Of a stretch of DNA of 64,000 nucleotides, positions 51,935 to 64,000 are shown piece after piece. Each line of letters opens with the position of its first letter. Within the stretch, counting starts at the first letter, position 1. The notes beneath the pieces were generated by a model that worked only from the letters and a program-made list of their open reading frames with translations, was not told where the DNA came from and did not search any database. A program made the position numbers and the translations under genes. Source of the DNA: an uncultured delta proteobacterium (GTDB lineage: Bacteria; Desulfobacterota; Binatia; UBA9968). The DNA is taken from the NCBI GenBank assembly GCA_963760795.1, contig CAVXEP010000022.1:224001-288000 (forward strand). The letters run 5' to 3'.

Positions 51935-53206
51935 GCCAACGCTCCCGGTGCCAATCTCATAAAAACCAGTGGATCGATTCGTTCCTTGACTGGGTCGAGC
52001 ACGGCGACGATGCGCCGCTCGATAGCGTCCTTAGCGCCGTCCGCTAAGCCAATGACCGGGCCATTGAACTGCATTAAGCCGCTGCGCGACATGATCACTC
52101 GCACCACCGGTTTCAACGCCGCCACACGGCTGGTCGCCACCACCACACCCCGTTCGCCGGTGTTTAGCTCCACCACACTGCCGATCGGGTAGACACCCAA
52201 ACTACGGATTACTTTTTCGACCAGAGCCCGGTCGGCCGAGCCGGAATTGGCTTGCAAATAGAGCTGGCGCAGCACTTCGGTGGGTTGTCGGGGCGCAACC
52301 TGATTGCGCCCCGACAACATATCGTCATAACTATCGGTGAGCGCGACAATCTGACTGTACAGACTCAGGTCGGCGCCGCCGGTGGGATAGCCCGAGCCAT
52401 CGATGCGCTCATGGTGGGCGAGCACGATGCTCTGCGCCATCGGCGGGATGCCTGGGTTTTGCGCTAACAGTGCCGCGCCAAGAGCCGGATGCTGTTTCAG
52501 CAAATTAGCTTCAGCGTCGGTTAAATTATTGGTTTTGTGCAGCAGCGCCCTGGGCAAACGAGTCTCGCCGATATCATGGAGCAGCGCAGCTATTCCCAGC
52601 ATCGCGATATCGTCGCCAAGATTCTCGGCAAGTGCCACCACCAAAGAAAGCACGCAAACATTGATCGCATGAGTAAATAAATCCGTTTGAAACCGGCGCA
52701 TCTGCATAAGAAGCAGGCTCGCCTCCGGGGAGCGCATGATGCTCGCCCGCAGCTGCGTTACCACCTGTGCGGCGATTTTGCCGTCGATGCGCGCCCCGCC
52801 ACCGACGCCGTCAAATATCGTCTGCGCTAGAATCAACGCCTCGTCGTGGATCGCCCGGGCGTTTTCGAGTTCCCGCGCCAGGGGTTGAAAGGCCAACTCA
52901 GCGGCCGACGGCGGCGCCTGGGCAGGGGCCACATGGCCACCGGCGAGATGATCCTCAGTGGCGCGACTCGCCGGCGCACCGGCCTTAATGGGACTGCTGC
53001 CCAGAGCATCCGTCACATCCACACCGCGCGCGGTATCGATCACGACTTCGCGGGTGCCATGCTTCTTGAGCTGGTCGATCTCTTCGGTCCGTTGAATCAG
53101 CTTACGATGAAACAAAAACGGTGTCTTTAACCAGGAACGGTCCAAACCCGGCGACGTACATGCCAAGGCGCAAATCGTCGATCGCTATCCGTTTTCTCGT
53201 GAGCAT
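51931..53206 (-). CDS. DUF3391 + HD-GYP cyclic dinucleotide phosphodiesterase (frameshift ~53150)
   Basis: MLTRKRIAIDDLRLGMYV..DRSW..PF; H..NV, ALLHDIG, HHERIDGSGYP, YP.GS.VEL.TGE.G.V. Confidence 0.88.
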
Positions 53207-53502
53207 GTCTTCGTCGTCCATGTTGTCCTGCCTATTGAGAGTTAACAACGCGTTGCCTGGCAAGCCACAGCCAGTCACCAACAGCTAAGCTATCGGCAGG
53301 TGAACAAAGAAGTTAAATGGTGTCGGGGCGTGCTCCAGGGACACCGGCGGATAGCTGAAGCCGAAATCCGCAGTTGAAGAATGTGTCGCGGCTGTCATTC
53401 TGTGGCAAAGCTGAGGAATCTCGTCTTCGTAGGAGGCAAACAAGACGAGTCTTGTCGGTCGGGTTAGCATAGAATAACCCAACTCTTAGCCGGCCCGCCA
53501 CC

Positions 53503-53593
53503 GACGCCAACTTCACCGTCTCGCTTGTTAATTTGAATTGAGCAGAAGAATTCTGTCCGATCGGAGTCACCCAAGTGCTCCGGCATCTCCATT
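53503..53593. repeat. Copy A of an ~85-bp dispersed direct repeat
   Basis: gacgccaacttca...gaagaa...gagtcacccaagtgctccggcatctccatt; copy B at 55450..55530. Confidence 0.75.
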
Positions 53594-54342
53594 CTGATGA
53601 AAATTCCTGGGTTATAAACATTTCGTATCGTCTCATCCATAAATCCGGCAACTCCGCTTGTTTCCGGCTCCCTTGGGCGCAGCCTCGGAGGTTTAACAAA
53701 GCGTGAGCGTCGTGCGCAAATATGGGCGCTCACTTCGGTCGTCACCAAAGGGTACCTCGCCATCGAGCATACCGTCCGAGAGATTATCGTTGCTTCGTGG
53801 GCGTGGCCTGCAATCTGAAACAGACTCTACATCTACTCCCTACCAGATCAGAAAACCAGCTCAAACTCGCGTCTGAGGGGGCGGCGTCGCTCGTCTTTCT
53901 GGTTGTGGCACCATCGCAGGCAAAACCTCCCATGGTGGAAAGCTAATTTGCCATCGACAGCGGTTGCTGGCGCAGACTGCAAATCGTAATCGTGGGGTTT
54001 GCAATAGAATCATTCATTAATGCTTGATTCGTATGTCTCCTTAGGTGTCTGCACTAGCAGCGCGGATTGAGTCAAGATCGTTCCGCTGACAATTTCAATG
54101 TCAATCCACCGAGGAACGCTCTCGTCAACGGCGGCCGACGAAACCTTGCTTGCGCGATAAAATTCGCGCGTATATGATGGCGAGAATTTACACCGGCAGG
54201 TTAGGATGCTGTTCTTAGCGACGATTTCTCTTCAGTTTCGGGTCGGCTGCAGTGGCAACATGACCGCTGCCACCACCCGGAACATTTCGCATCCGCATTG
54301 AAACCGTGTTCCTAGCGCTAAGTCTTTATTTCAAAGAACATC

Positions 54343-55428
54343 GTGAAAAGCCTTCTCGCTAAAACGGCGCTCGTGCTGTTGAGCATCTTGTTTGCCTTGG
54401 GCGCTTTCGATCTTACCGTCTATCTTTTACCGAAACATTTCTTGCCCGGCCCATTGCGAAATCTGGTTCTTCTGATGGAGGGAGACACCTACTACGTCAA
54501 GGATCCGCCAATTGGCAATATGATCCGGCCCCAAACTGATTACTTGTTCCCCGGCGAGGAGTTCAGCTTCCGCATACAAACCCGGTTGAATTTTCCCAGC
54601 GCAGGGTTTCGCGGTGGAACCTTAGGCGGACCTGCTTGGGGAGCCGCCTTTGGAGATTCGTTCACATTCGGCGCAGGTGTCGACCAAGAGGCGACCTGGG
54701 TGGCGCAGCTGGCGCGACTGACAAATCGCGAGATCATAAATTTTGGCGTGCCCGGCCACGGCCCGCATCAGTACACGCGAATTTTTCAAAAATATGGAGT
54801 GCGGTTGCGTCCCAAGGTTGTTTTCTATGCGTTATTCTCCAACGACCTGAGGGACGGGGTTCGTTTTGAAGCGCCGCCGGCCAATCGCAGACAACGGATG
54901 ACCGCAAAAGGATTCATGAGGCGTTACTCGGCGAGCTACAATATTTTTGACAACGTGTCCCGCTCCCTTAAAAAAAGCAGGACAAATGACCGGCGAAACA
55001 CAATCGGCCTCAAGCTGCTGGATCGACGGTTGCGCGACCCGTACGCAATTGCAGATCAAAAATTCGCGTCAACCTGGGCTGGGATAGCAAGGCAGATTGA
55101 AGATGCTTACCAAGAGAGCAAACGCACAAACGCAACCTTCATCCTGCTTTACTTTCCACAAAAAGAAGAAGTGTATTGGGAACTCGCCAAGGAACGAATA
55201 AAATCGACTGACGCCTTCAAAGAACGCGTTGATCGACTCAGAAAAACAATTGCGGCGTTTTGCGGCGCGCGCGATCTTTTGTGTCTCGACTTAACTCCAA
55301 CGTTAAAAGCGCGAGGATTGCGCGGAGAAGCATTCTATTTTCCGGTAGACATTCATTGGAATGAAAAGGGAAATACTCTCGTTGCCCAAGCGATCTACAG
55401 ATTCCTCCTTGAGAAAAAGCTCATCTAA
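54343..55428 (+). CDS. Membrane-anchored SGNH/GDSL hydrolase-like protein
   Basis: N-terminal TM; FGDSFTFG, NFGVPG.G, F.ND, D.HWN..GN. Confidence 0.82.
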   Translation: MKSLLAKTALVLLSILFALGAFDLTVYLLPKHFLPGPLRNLVLLMEGDTYYVKDPPIGNMIRPQTDYLFPGEEFSFRIQTRLNFPSAGFRGGTLGGPAWGAAFGDSFTFGAGVDQEATWVAQLARLTNREIINFGVPGHGPHQYTRIFQKYGVRLRPKVVFYALFSNDLRDGVRFEAPPANRRQRMTAKGFMRRYSASYNIFDNVSRSLKKSRTNDRRNTIGLKLLDRRLRDPYAIADQKFASTWAGIARQIEDAYQESKRTNATFILLYFPQKEEVYWELAKERIKSTDAFKERVDRLRKTIAAFCGARDLLCLDLTPTLKARGLRGEAFYFPVDIHWNEKGNTLVAQAIYRFLLEKKLI

Positions 55429-55449
55429 TCTACCAGGCGGCGCCGTGTT

Positions 55450-55530
55450 GACGCCAACTTCAACCATGTTTGATAGCGTGGAAGAACTCCTGTCTTATCA
55501 GAGTCACCCAAGTGCTCCGGTATCTCCATT
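55450..55530. repeat. Copy B of an ~85-bp dispersed direct repeat
   Basis: gacgccaacttca...gaagaa...gagtcacccaagtgctccggtatctccatt. Confidence 0.75.
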
Positions 55531-55594
55531 GTGAAAAACTATCGCCGCCGCGAAACCAATAAACCGCGATCCGCGTCGCGGTTGAGAGACATAT

Positions 55595-55621
55595 CGGGTT
55601 CGCTGCGCTAACCCGACCTAC
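55595..55621 (-). repeat. GTAG REP-like palindrome downstream of purF
   Basis: Minus strand gtaggtcgggttagcgcagcgaacccg. Confidence 0.7.
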
Positions 55622-55667
55622 CGAATTTGTGACCTTCGTGTCCTTCGTGTTGAACACGATCTTCGCT

Positions 55668-57107
<1,440 letters not shown>

Positions 57108-57164
57108 TTTTCGCGATCCCGCGCTATCCGAATCAAGCTTGAACGATCGAACTTTTGAACGAAG

Positions 57165-59391
<2,227 letters not shown>

Positions 59392-59399
<8 letters not shown>

Positions 59400-60104
59400 G
59401 GCGCTTCACCCCTTCGGCGACGGCAGCGGCGATCGATGAAAAAAGCTTCGCGCCGTCGTCGCTGCCGAGCAGTTTGTTGCAGGCGTCTTCCGGATGGGGC
59501 ATCAAACCGACGACGTTGCGCTCTTCGTTGCAAATCCCGGCGATATTTTCCAACGAACCGTTGGGATTGGCCGCCGCCGTGGCTTTGCCCTTGGCATCGA
59601 CGTACTGCAGCAAGATCTGCCGGTTGTTATGCATGCGTTCGAGGGTGGCGGCGTCGGCGAAATAGCAGCCTTCGCCATGCTTGATGGGAATTTTCAGAAG
59701 CTGGCCTTTTTTCAGGTTGCGCGTGAACGGCGAGTCGCTCTCCTCGACGCGCAAATGCACCGGCTGGCAGACAAACTGAAGCCCAACATTGCGCACCAGC
59801 GCGCCGGGCAGCAGCCCTACTTCACAAAGGATTTGAAAACCATTGCAGATACCGAGAACCAAACCGCCGCGCCGGGCATGCTCGACGACGCCGCTCATGA
59901 TCGGCGAAAAGCGCGCCATGGCGCCGCAGCGCAGATAGTCGCCGTAGGAAAAGCCGCCGGGCAAGACCAGACAATCGAAATCGCCGCTGAGCTCGTCTTT
60001 GTGCCAAAGCTGTTCGACGCTCTTGCTTCAAGTCGAGCTTGAAGCGAGTCGACGACATCTTGATCGTCGCAGGAACCGGGAAAAGTAATGACACCCCAAC
60101 GCAT
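59392..60104 (-). CDS. purQ: FGAM synthase glutaminase subunit PurQ (frameshift ~60030)
   Basis: [42 protein letters not shown]. Confidence 0.92.
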
Positions 60105-60111
60105 GAATTCA

Positions 60112-60215
60112 ACTCAATGGATAATGGAGAAATGACAGTGAAGAATTTAAGACTTCGGAAGCGCGCTGATTGACTTCCGATTCCGATCATTTTCCATTAT
60201 CCATTCTCCATTATC
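60112..60215. repeat. 7-nt periodic inverted repeat between purS and purQ
   Basis: aatggat aatggag aaatgac ... cattttc cattatc cattctc catt. Confidence 0.7.
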
Positions 60216-60230
60216 GATTTAGACCGCCGA

Positions 60231-60474
60231 CTACTCTTGAATCTCGAAGCGGTAATCTTCGATCACCGGGTTAGCCAATAACTTGTCGCACATCTCGCGC
60301 ACCCGAAGCTCGGCGTCCTGGCGCGACGCGGGCGCCATCTCGATCTCCAGATATTTTCCCATGCGCACATCCTGCACTTCTTTGTAACCCAACGTGTGCA
60401 GCGACCGCTCGATGGCCTTGCCCTGGGGATCGAGGACACCGGTTTTCAGCGAGACGAAATATCTTTACGCGCAT
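60231..60474 (-). CDS. purS: FGAM synthase subunit PurS (frameshift ~60457)
   Basis: Shifted frame gives V.LK.GVLDPQGKAIE..L..LG....VRMGKY...LANPVIEDY. Confidence 0.9.
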
Positions 60475-60501
60475 GATGAGTCAGCTTTCAGCCAAATGAA
60501 T

Positions 60502-61794
60502 TTATTGGAACGCCCGGCGGAAGATAAAATCGATATTGGTCAAATGGTGCTTGACGCCCCAGATCGCTTCGATCTCCTTGGGCGACAGATAGCGCCGGAT
60601 CTCCCCGTCGCCGAGCAGTTCGCGCTTCATGTCGCCGCCTTCGCGGCCGACCTTGAGCGCATGGCGCTGCACCATGCGATAGGCGACGTCCCGGGCGATG
60701 CCTTTGCCGACCAAGGCGAGCAGGACTTTTTCCGAATAAACCGTGCCGCCGCTTTTTTCCAGATTGCGCCGCATGTTGTCGGGATAAACGCAAAGATTGC
60801 CGAGCACGTAGGTCATGCGCCGCAGCATGAAGTCCAAGGCGATGGTGGCGTCCGGCGCGATCACCCGCTCGACCGAAGAATGGCTGATATCGCGCTCATG
60901 CCAGAGCGGCACATTCTCCATCGCCGCCACGGCGTAGGAACGCATGAGCCGGGCTAAACCGGAGACGTTTTCGGAGAGAATCGGATTGCGCTTGTGCGGC
61001 ATCGCCGACGAGCCCTTTTGCCCCTGGGTAAACGGTTCCTCCGCTTCCTGCACTTCGGTGCGCTGCAAGTGGCGAATTTCCACGGCGAACTTTTCCAGCG
61101 AACTGGCGATGATCGCCAGCGTCGCAAAATAGTAGGCATGGCGGTCGCGCTGAATGATTTGATTGGACACCAGCGCCGGTTTCAAACCCGCCTTGCGGCA
61201 GACATAGGCTTCGACCTTGGGCGAGATCTGCGCGAAGGTGCCGACGGCGCCGGAGATCTGGCCGACGCAAATATCGTCCACCGCGGCGCGAAAGCGCACC
61301 AGATGGCGCGCCATCTCTTGATACCAGAGCGCCAGCTTGAGACCGAAGGTGATCGGTTCGGCATGCACGCCATGGGTGCGGCCGATCTGCACCGTCCATT
61401 TGTACTTGCGCGCCTGCTGGCGCAGCGCCTTCATGAGACTTTTGATATCGTCTTCGAGGATCGCCGAAGCGTCTTTGAATTGCAGCGCCAGCGCCGTGTC
61501 CATGACATCCGACGAGGTCATGCCGACGTGGAGATGGCGCGCATCGTCGCCGATGGATTCCGCCACGCTGCTCAAGAACGCGATGATCTCATGCTTGACC
61601 TCGGCTTCGATCTCGCGAATGCGCTTGACGTCGAAGCGCGCCTTTTTGCGAATGCGCGCAATCGCGGCTTTGGGAACTTTGCCCAACTGCGCCAAGCCCT
61701 CGGCAGCGAGGATCTCCACTTCGAGCCATTTCTGGAAACTATTTTCTTCCGACCAGATACGGCCCATCTCCGGCCGCGTATAACGCGCGATCAT
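60502..61794 (-). CDS. purB: Adenylosuccinate lyase
   Basis: MIARY, H.GMTSSD, GRTHGVHAEP.TFG, GSSAMPHKRNP, ERDISHSSVER. Confidence 0.97.
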   Translation of the reverse strand: MIARYTRPEMGRIWSEENSFQKWLEVEILAAEGLAQLGKVPKAAIARIRKKARFDVKRIREIEAEVKHEIIAFLSSVAESIGDDARHLHVGMTSSDVMDTALALQFKDASAILEDDIKSLMKALRQQARKYKWTVQIGRTHGVHAEPITFGLKLALWYQEMARHLVRFRAAVDDICVGQISGAVGTFAQISPKVEAYVCRKAGLKPALVSNQIIQRDRHAYYFATLAIIASSLEKFAVEIRHLQRTEVQEAEEPFTQGQKGSSAMPHKRNPILSENVSGLARLMRSYAVAAMENVPLWHERDISHSSVERVIAPDATIALDFMLRRMTYVLGNLCVYPDNMRRNLEKSGGTVYSEKVLLALVGKGIARDVAYRMVQRHALKVGREGGDMKRELLGDGEIRRYLSPKEIEAIWGVKHHLTNIDFIFRRAFQ

Positions 61795-61896
61795 GTTCCT
61801 AAGATGCCCTGCGCTCGCTCAAAAGTCCAAACATCGAAGCAGCAAATTTAAAATCCGCGCATCCGACCTTGAACTTTTGAACCTTGAACCCTTGAA

Positions 61897-62352
61897 CTAT
61901 TTCTTATCGGTATGTCCGAAGCCGCCCGCTTGCCGTTCCGACGATGGCAATTCGCTCACTTCCTGCCACTCGGCGCGGACGACGCGCTGGACGATCATCT
62001 GGGCGATCCGTTGGCCGGGTTCGATGACGATCGGCTCATTGCCGAGATTGATCGCGATCACTTGGATCTCGCCGCGATAATCGGCATCGATGGTGCCGGG
62101 ACTATTGACCAGGGTGATGCCCTGCTTTAACGCCAAACCGCTGCGCGGCCGGATCTGCGCTTCAAAGCCCATCGGCAAGGCGATCGCGATACCCGTGGGA
62201 ATCAGCGCCCGCGCCATCGGCGCCAGAGTCATGTCGCCGTCGATGTCGGCGCACAGATCCATCCCGGCGGCGCCGTCGGTCATGTAAGCCGGCAGGGCGA
62301 AAGCATGATCGCTTGGCCGCAGCCGCTTGATCTGAATGCGAATCTGTTCCAC
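61897..62352 (-). CDS. dut: dUTP diphosphatase
   Basis: [40 protein letters not shown]; start codon uncertain. Confidence 0.95.
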   Translation of the reverse strand: MEQIRIQIKRLRPSDHAFALPAYMTDGAAGMDLCADIDGDMTLAPMARALIPTGIAIALPMGFEAQIRPRSGLALKQGITLVNSPGTIDADYRGEIQVIAINLGNEPIVIEPGQRIAQMIVQRVVRAEWQEVSELPSSERQAGGFGHTDKK

Positions 62353-62389
62353 TGGCAAACCGATTGAATGGTTGAGAAACCGTCGAGCG

Positions 62390-63664
62390 CTAATGACTGG
62401 CCGTGAGGCTTTTGATTTTGCACTCGTCTTTGAAATCACCCAACAACGTCAAAGTCATCGCTTCAGGACGAAACAGGCGGTTCGCTAAAGTCACGACATC
62501 GTCGCGCGTCACCGCACGGATGCTTTGGCAGATTTCATCCGTCGGCACCATCTTGCCGAAATAGATCTCGTTGCGCGCCACATGGCTCATCCACGAATCG
62601 GTGGACTCCAGACCCAGCATCATACTGCCCACCAGTTGCCCCTGGGTACGGCGCAGTTCGTCGTCGGTGATGCCATTCTTCGCGAGCTTGCTCAATTCGG
62701 CGAGGATCAGCTCAACCACTTCTTCGGTGGCATCGACGCTGGTGCCGGCATAGACACCGAGATAACCGACGTCGTTGTAGGATGACGAAAACGAATAGAC
62801 CGAATAGGCCTTGCCGCGCTTCTCGCGGATCTCTTGGAACAAGCGCGAGCTCATGCCGCCGCCGAGCAAGGTGTTAAGCACGTAAGCCGGATAGCGCTGC
62901 GGATCGGCCTGGGGAATACCGGCCATGCCCAAGCATATATGGGCCTGTTCCAATTCCTTCGAATGGGGATAAACGCCGCTGCCCATCTCCGGCTTGCGCT
63001 CGCCGTCAAGCATGCCGTTCTCGGATGCGCCGCGGTCGCTCACCTGGCCGAGCCTGGCGGCCATTTCCTTGACCAGTGCGTCATGACCGATTTTTCCCGC
63101 CGCCGCGACAGTCACCCGGCGCGGCTGATAGCGCGCTTTGAAAAAACTCAAAAACTTTGCCCGGGTAAAACTATTGACCGTCGCTTCCCGGCCGCAAATC
63201 GGCCGGGCTATCGGATGATCTTTGAAAAAGTCGACACTGAATAGATCATGGACGTAATCGTCCGGGGTGTCTTCCGCCTGGGAGATTTCTTGCAGGATCA
63301 CCGAGCGCTCGCGCTCGATCTCCTCGGCGTCGAAACTCGAATGGAGAAAAATATCGCTGAGCAGGTCGATCGCCAGCGGCAGGTTTTCGTCGAGAACCTT
63401 GGCGTAGTAGCAAGTATGCTCTTTGGAAGTAAATGCGTTGATCACGCCGCCGACGGCGTCCATCTCTTCGGCGATCTGCGCCGCCGTGCGCCGCTCGGTG
63501 CCTTTAAAAAGTAAATGCTCGATGAAGTGGGAGATGCCGTTCTCGGCGTCGCTTTCATGGCGCGAGCCGTTCTCGACCCAGATGCCGAGACTCACCGAAC
63601 GATGATCCTGCATCTCGTAGGAAACCACGCGGATGCCGTTATCGAGGATAGTCTTGGCGAACAT
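62390..63664 (-). CDS. M16 (pitrilysin) family Zn-peptidase
   Basis: H.IEH..FKGT inverted zinc motif, [27 protein letters not shown]. Confidence 0.93.
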   Translation of the reverse strand: MFAKTILDNGIRVVSYEMQDHRSVSLGIWVENGSRHESDAENGISHFIEHLLFKGTERRTAAQIAEEMDAVGGVINAFTSKEHTCYYAKVLDENLPLAIDLLSDIFLHSSFDAEEIERERSVILQEISQAEDTPDDYVHDLFSVDFFKDHPIARPICGREATVNSFTRAKFLSFFKARYQPRRVTVAAAGKIGHDALVKEMAARLGQVSDRGASENGMLDGERKPEMGSGVYPHSKELEQAHICLGMAGIPQADPQRYPAYVLNTLLGGGMSSRLFQEIREKRGKAYSVYSFSSSYNDVGYLGVYAGTSVDATEEVVELILAELSKLAKNGITDDELRRTQGQLVGSMMLGLESTDSWMSHVARNEIYFGKMVPTDEICQSIRAVTRDDVVTLANRLFRPEAMTLTLLGDFKDECKIKSLTASH

Positions 63665-63669
63665 AGCCG

Positions 63670-63999
63670 TTAGGATCCCTGCCGCTGCGGTGCGTCGGTG
63701 CCGTCGCCCAACTCTTCCATGGCCTCTTTGCGGCTCAAGCGAATTTTACCCTGTCTATCGATCTCCAAGACTTTGACCATCACCTCATCGCCCTCTTTGA
63801 GTACGTCGCTGACCTTGCGCACGCGCTCGGCGGAGAGCTGAGAGATATGCACCAAGCCGTCAGTGCCCGGGAGAATCTCGACGAAGGCGCCGAACTCGAC
63901 GATCTTGCGCACCGTGCCTCTGTAGATCTTGCCGATTTCCGCTTCAGCGGCGATGCGCTGGACCATTTCGATGGCTTTGCGCGCCGCGGCTTCGTCGGA
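63670..63999 (-). CDS. pnp: Polyribonucleotide nucleotidyltransferase, C-terminal KH/S1 part (runs off the right edge)
   Basis: [34 protein letters not shown]; pnp-M16-dut gene order. Confidence 0.9.
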   Translation of the reverse strand, partial: SDEAAARKAIEMVQRIAAEAEIGKIYRGTVRKIVEFGAFVEILPGTDGLVHISQLSAERVRKVSDVLKEGDEVMVKVLEIDRQGKIRLSRKEAMEELGDGTDAPQRQGS

Positions 64000-64000
64000 C

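Noticed and set aside
53503-53593. Repeat as a fluoride or SAM-I riboswitch
   Set aside because: Only short ATGGAG/TGACTCC or CTTATC words match; the other conserved elements and a fitting downstream gene are missing
53594-53630. CTGATGA as a possible hammerhead ribozyme core
   Set aside because: No stem II followed by GAAA, and the motif is absent from repeat copy B
53285-54300. Short ORFs in the HD-GYP/SGNH intergenic region
   Set aside because: No recognisable motifs or consistent RBS apart from the repeat-associated peptide already reported

Overview
64 kb of GC-rich (roughly 55-60% by eye) bacterial chromosome. Gene content suggests an uncultured Deltaproteobacteria-like organism, probably Candidatus Binatia (inference only): many orphan SsuA/NMT1-type and Fe-type solute-binding proteins, two tripartite tricarboxylate transporters and many catabolic enzymes. 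The first ~55 kb is accessory and catabolic. It holds namZ-like and DOMON-like genes, a co-oriented cluster of two class II aldolase-fold proteins, a CADD-like heme-oxygenase-like diiron enzyme and three 4,5-dihydroxyphthalate decarboxylase-like proteins, a DUF4242-cyclase next to an FAD oxidase, an acyl-CoA ligase, LVIVD and Kelch propellers, amidohydrolases, comDE, a ~1000-aa membrane-anchored coiled coil with a strict 78/71-residue repeat, an HD-GYP plus PAS histidine kinase pair and an SGNH hydrolase. The last 8 kb is core: pnp (partial), M16 peptidase, dut, purB, purS, purQ, purL, purF. Many genes, including purS and purQ, carry single-base frameshifts, most simply explained as long-read consensus errors. 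Intergenic spaces contain several kinds of short periodic or palindromic repeat, GTAG REP-like elements and a ~250-bp MITE. I saw no tRNA, rRNA, CRISPR array or intact transposase/integrase. All family calls are from motif recognition by eye; no searches were run.
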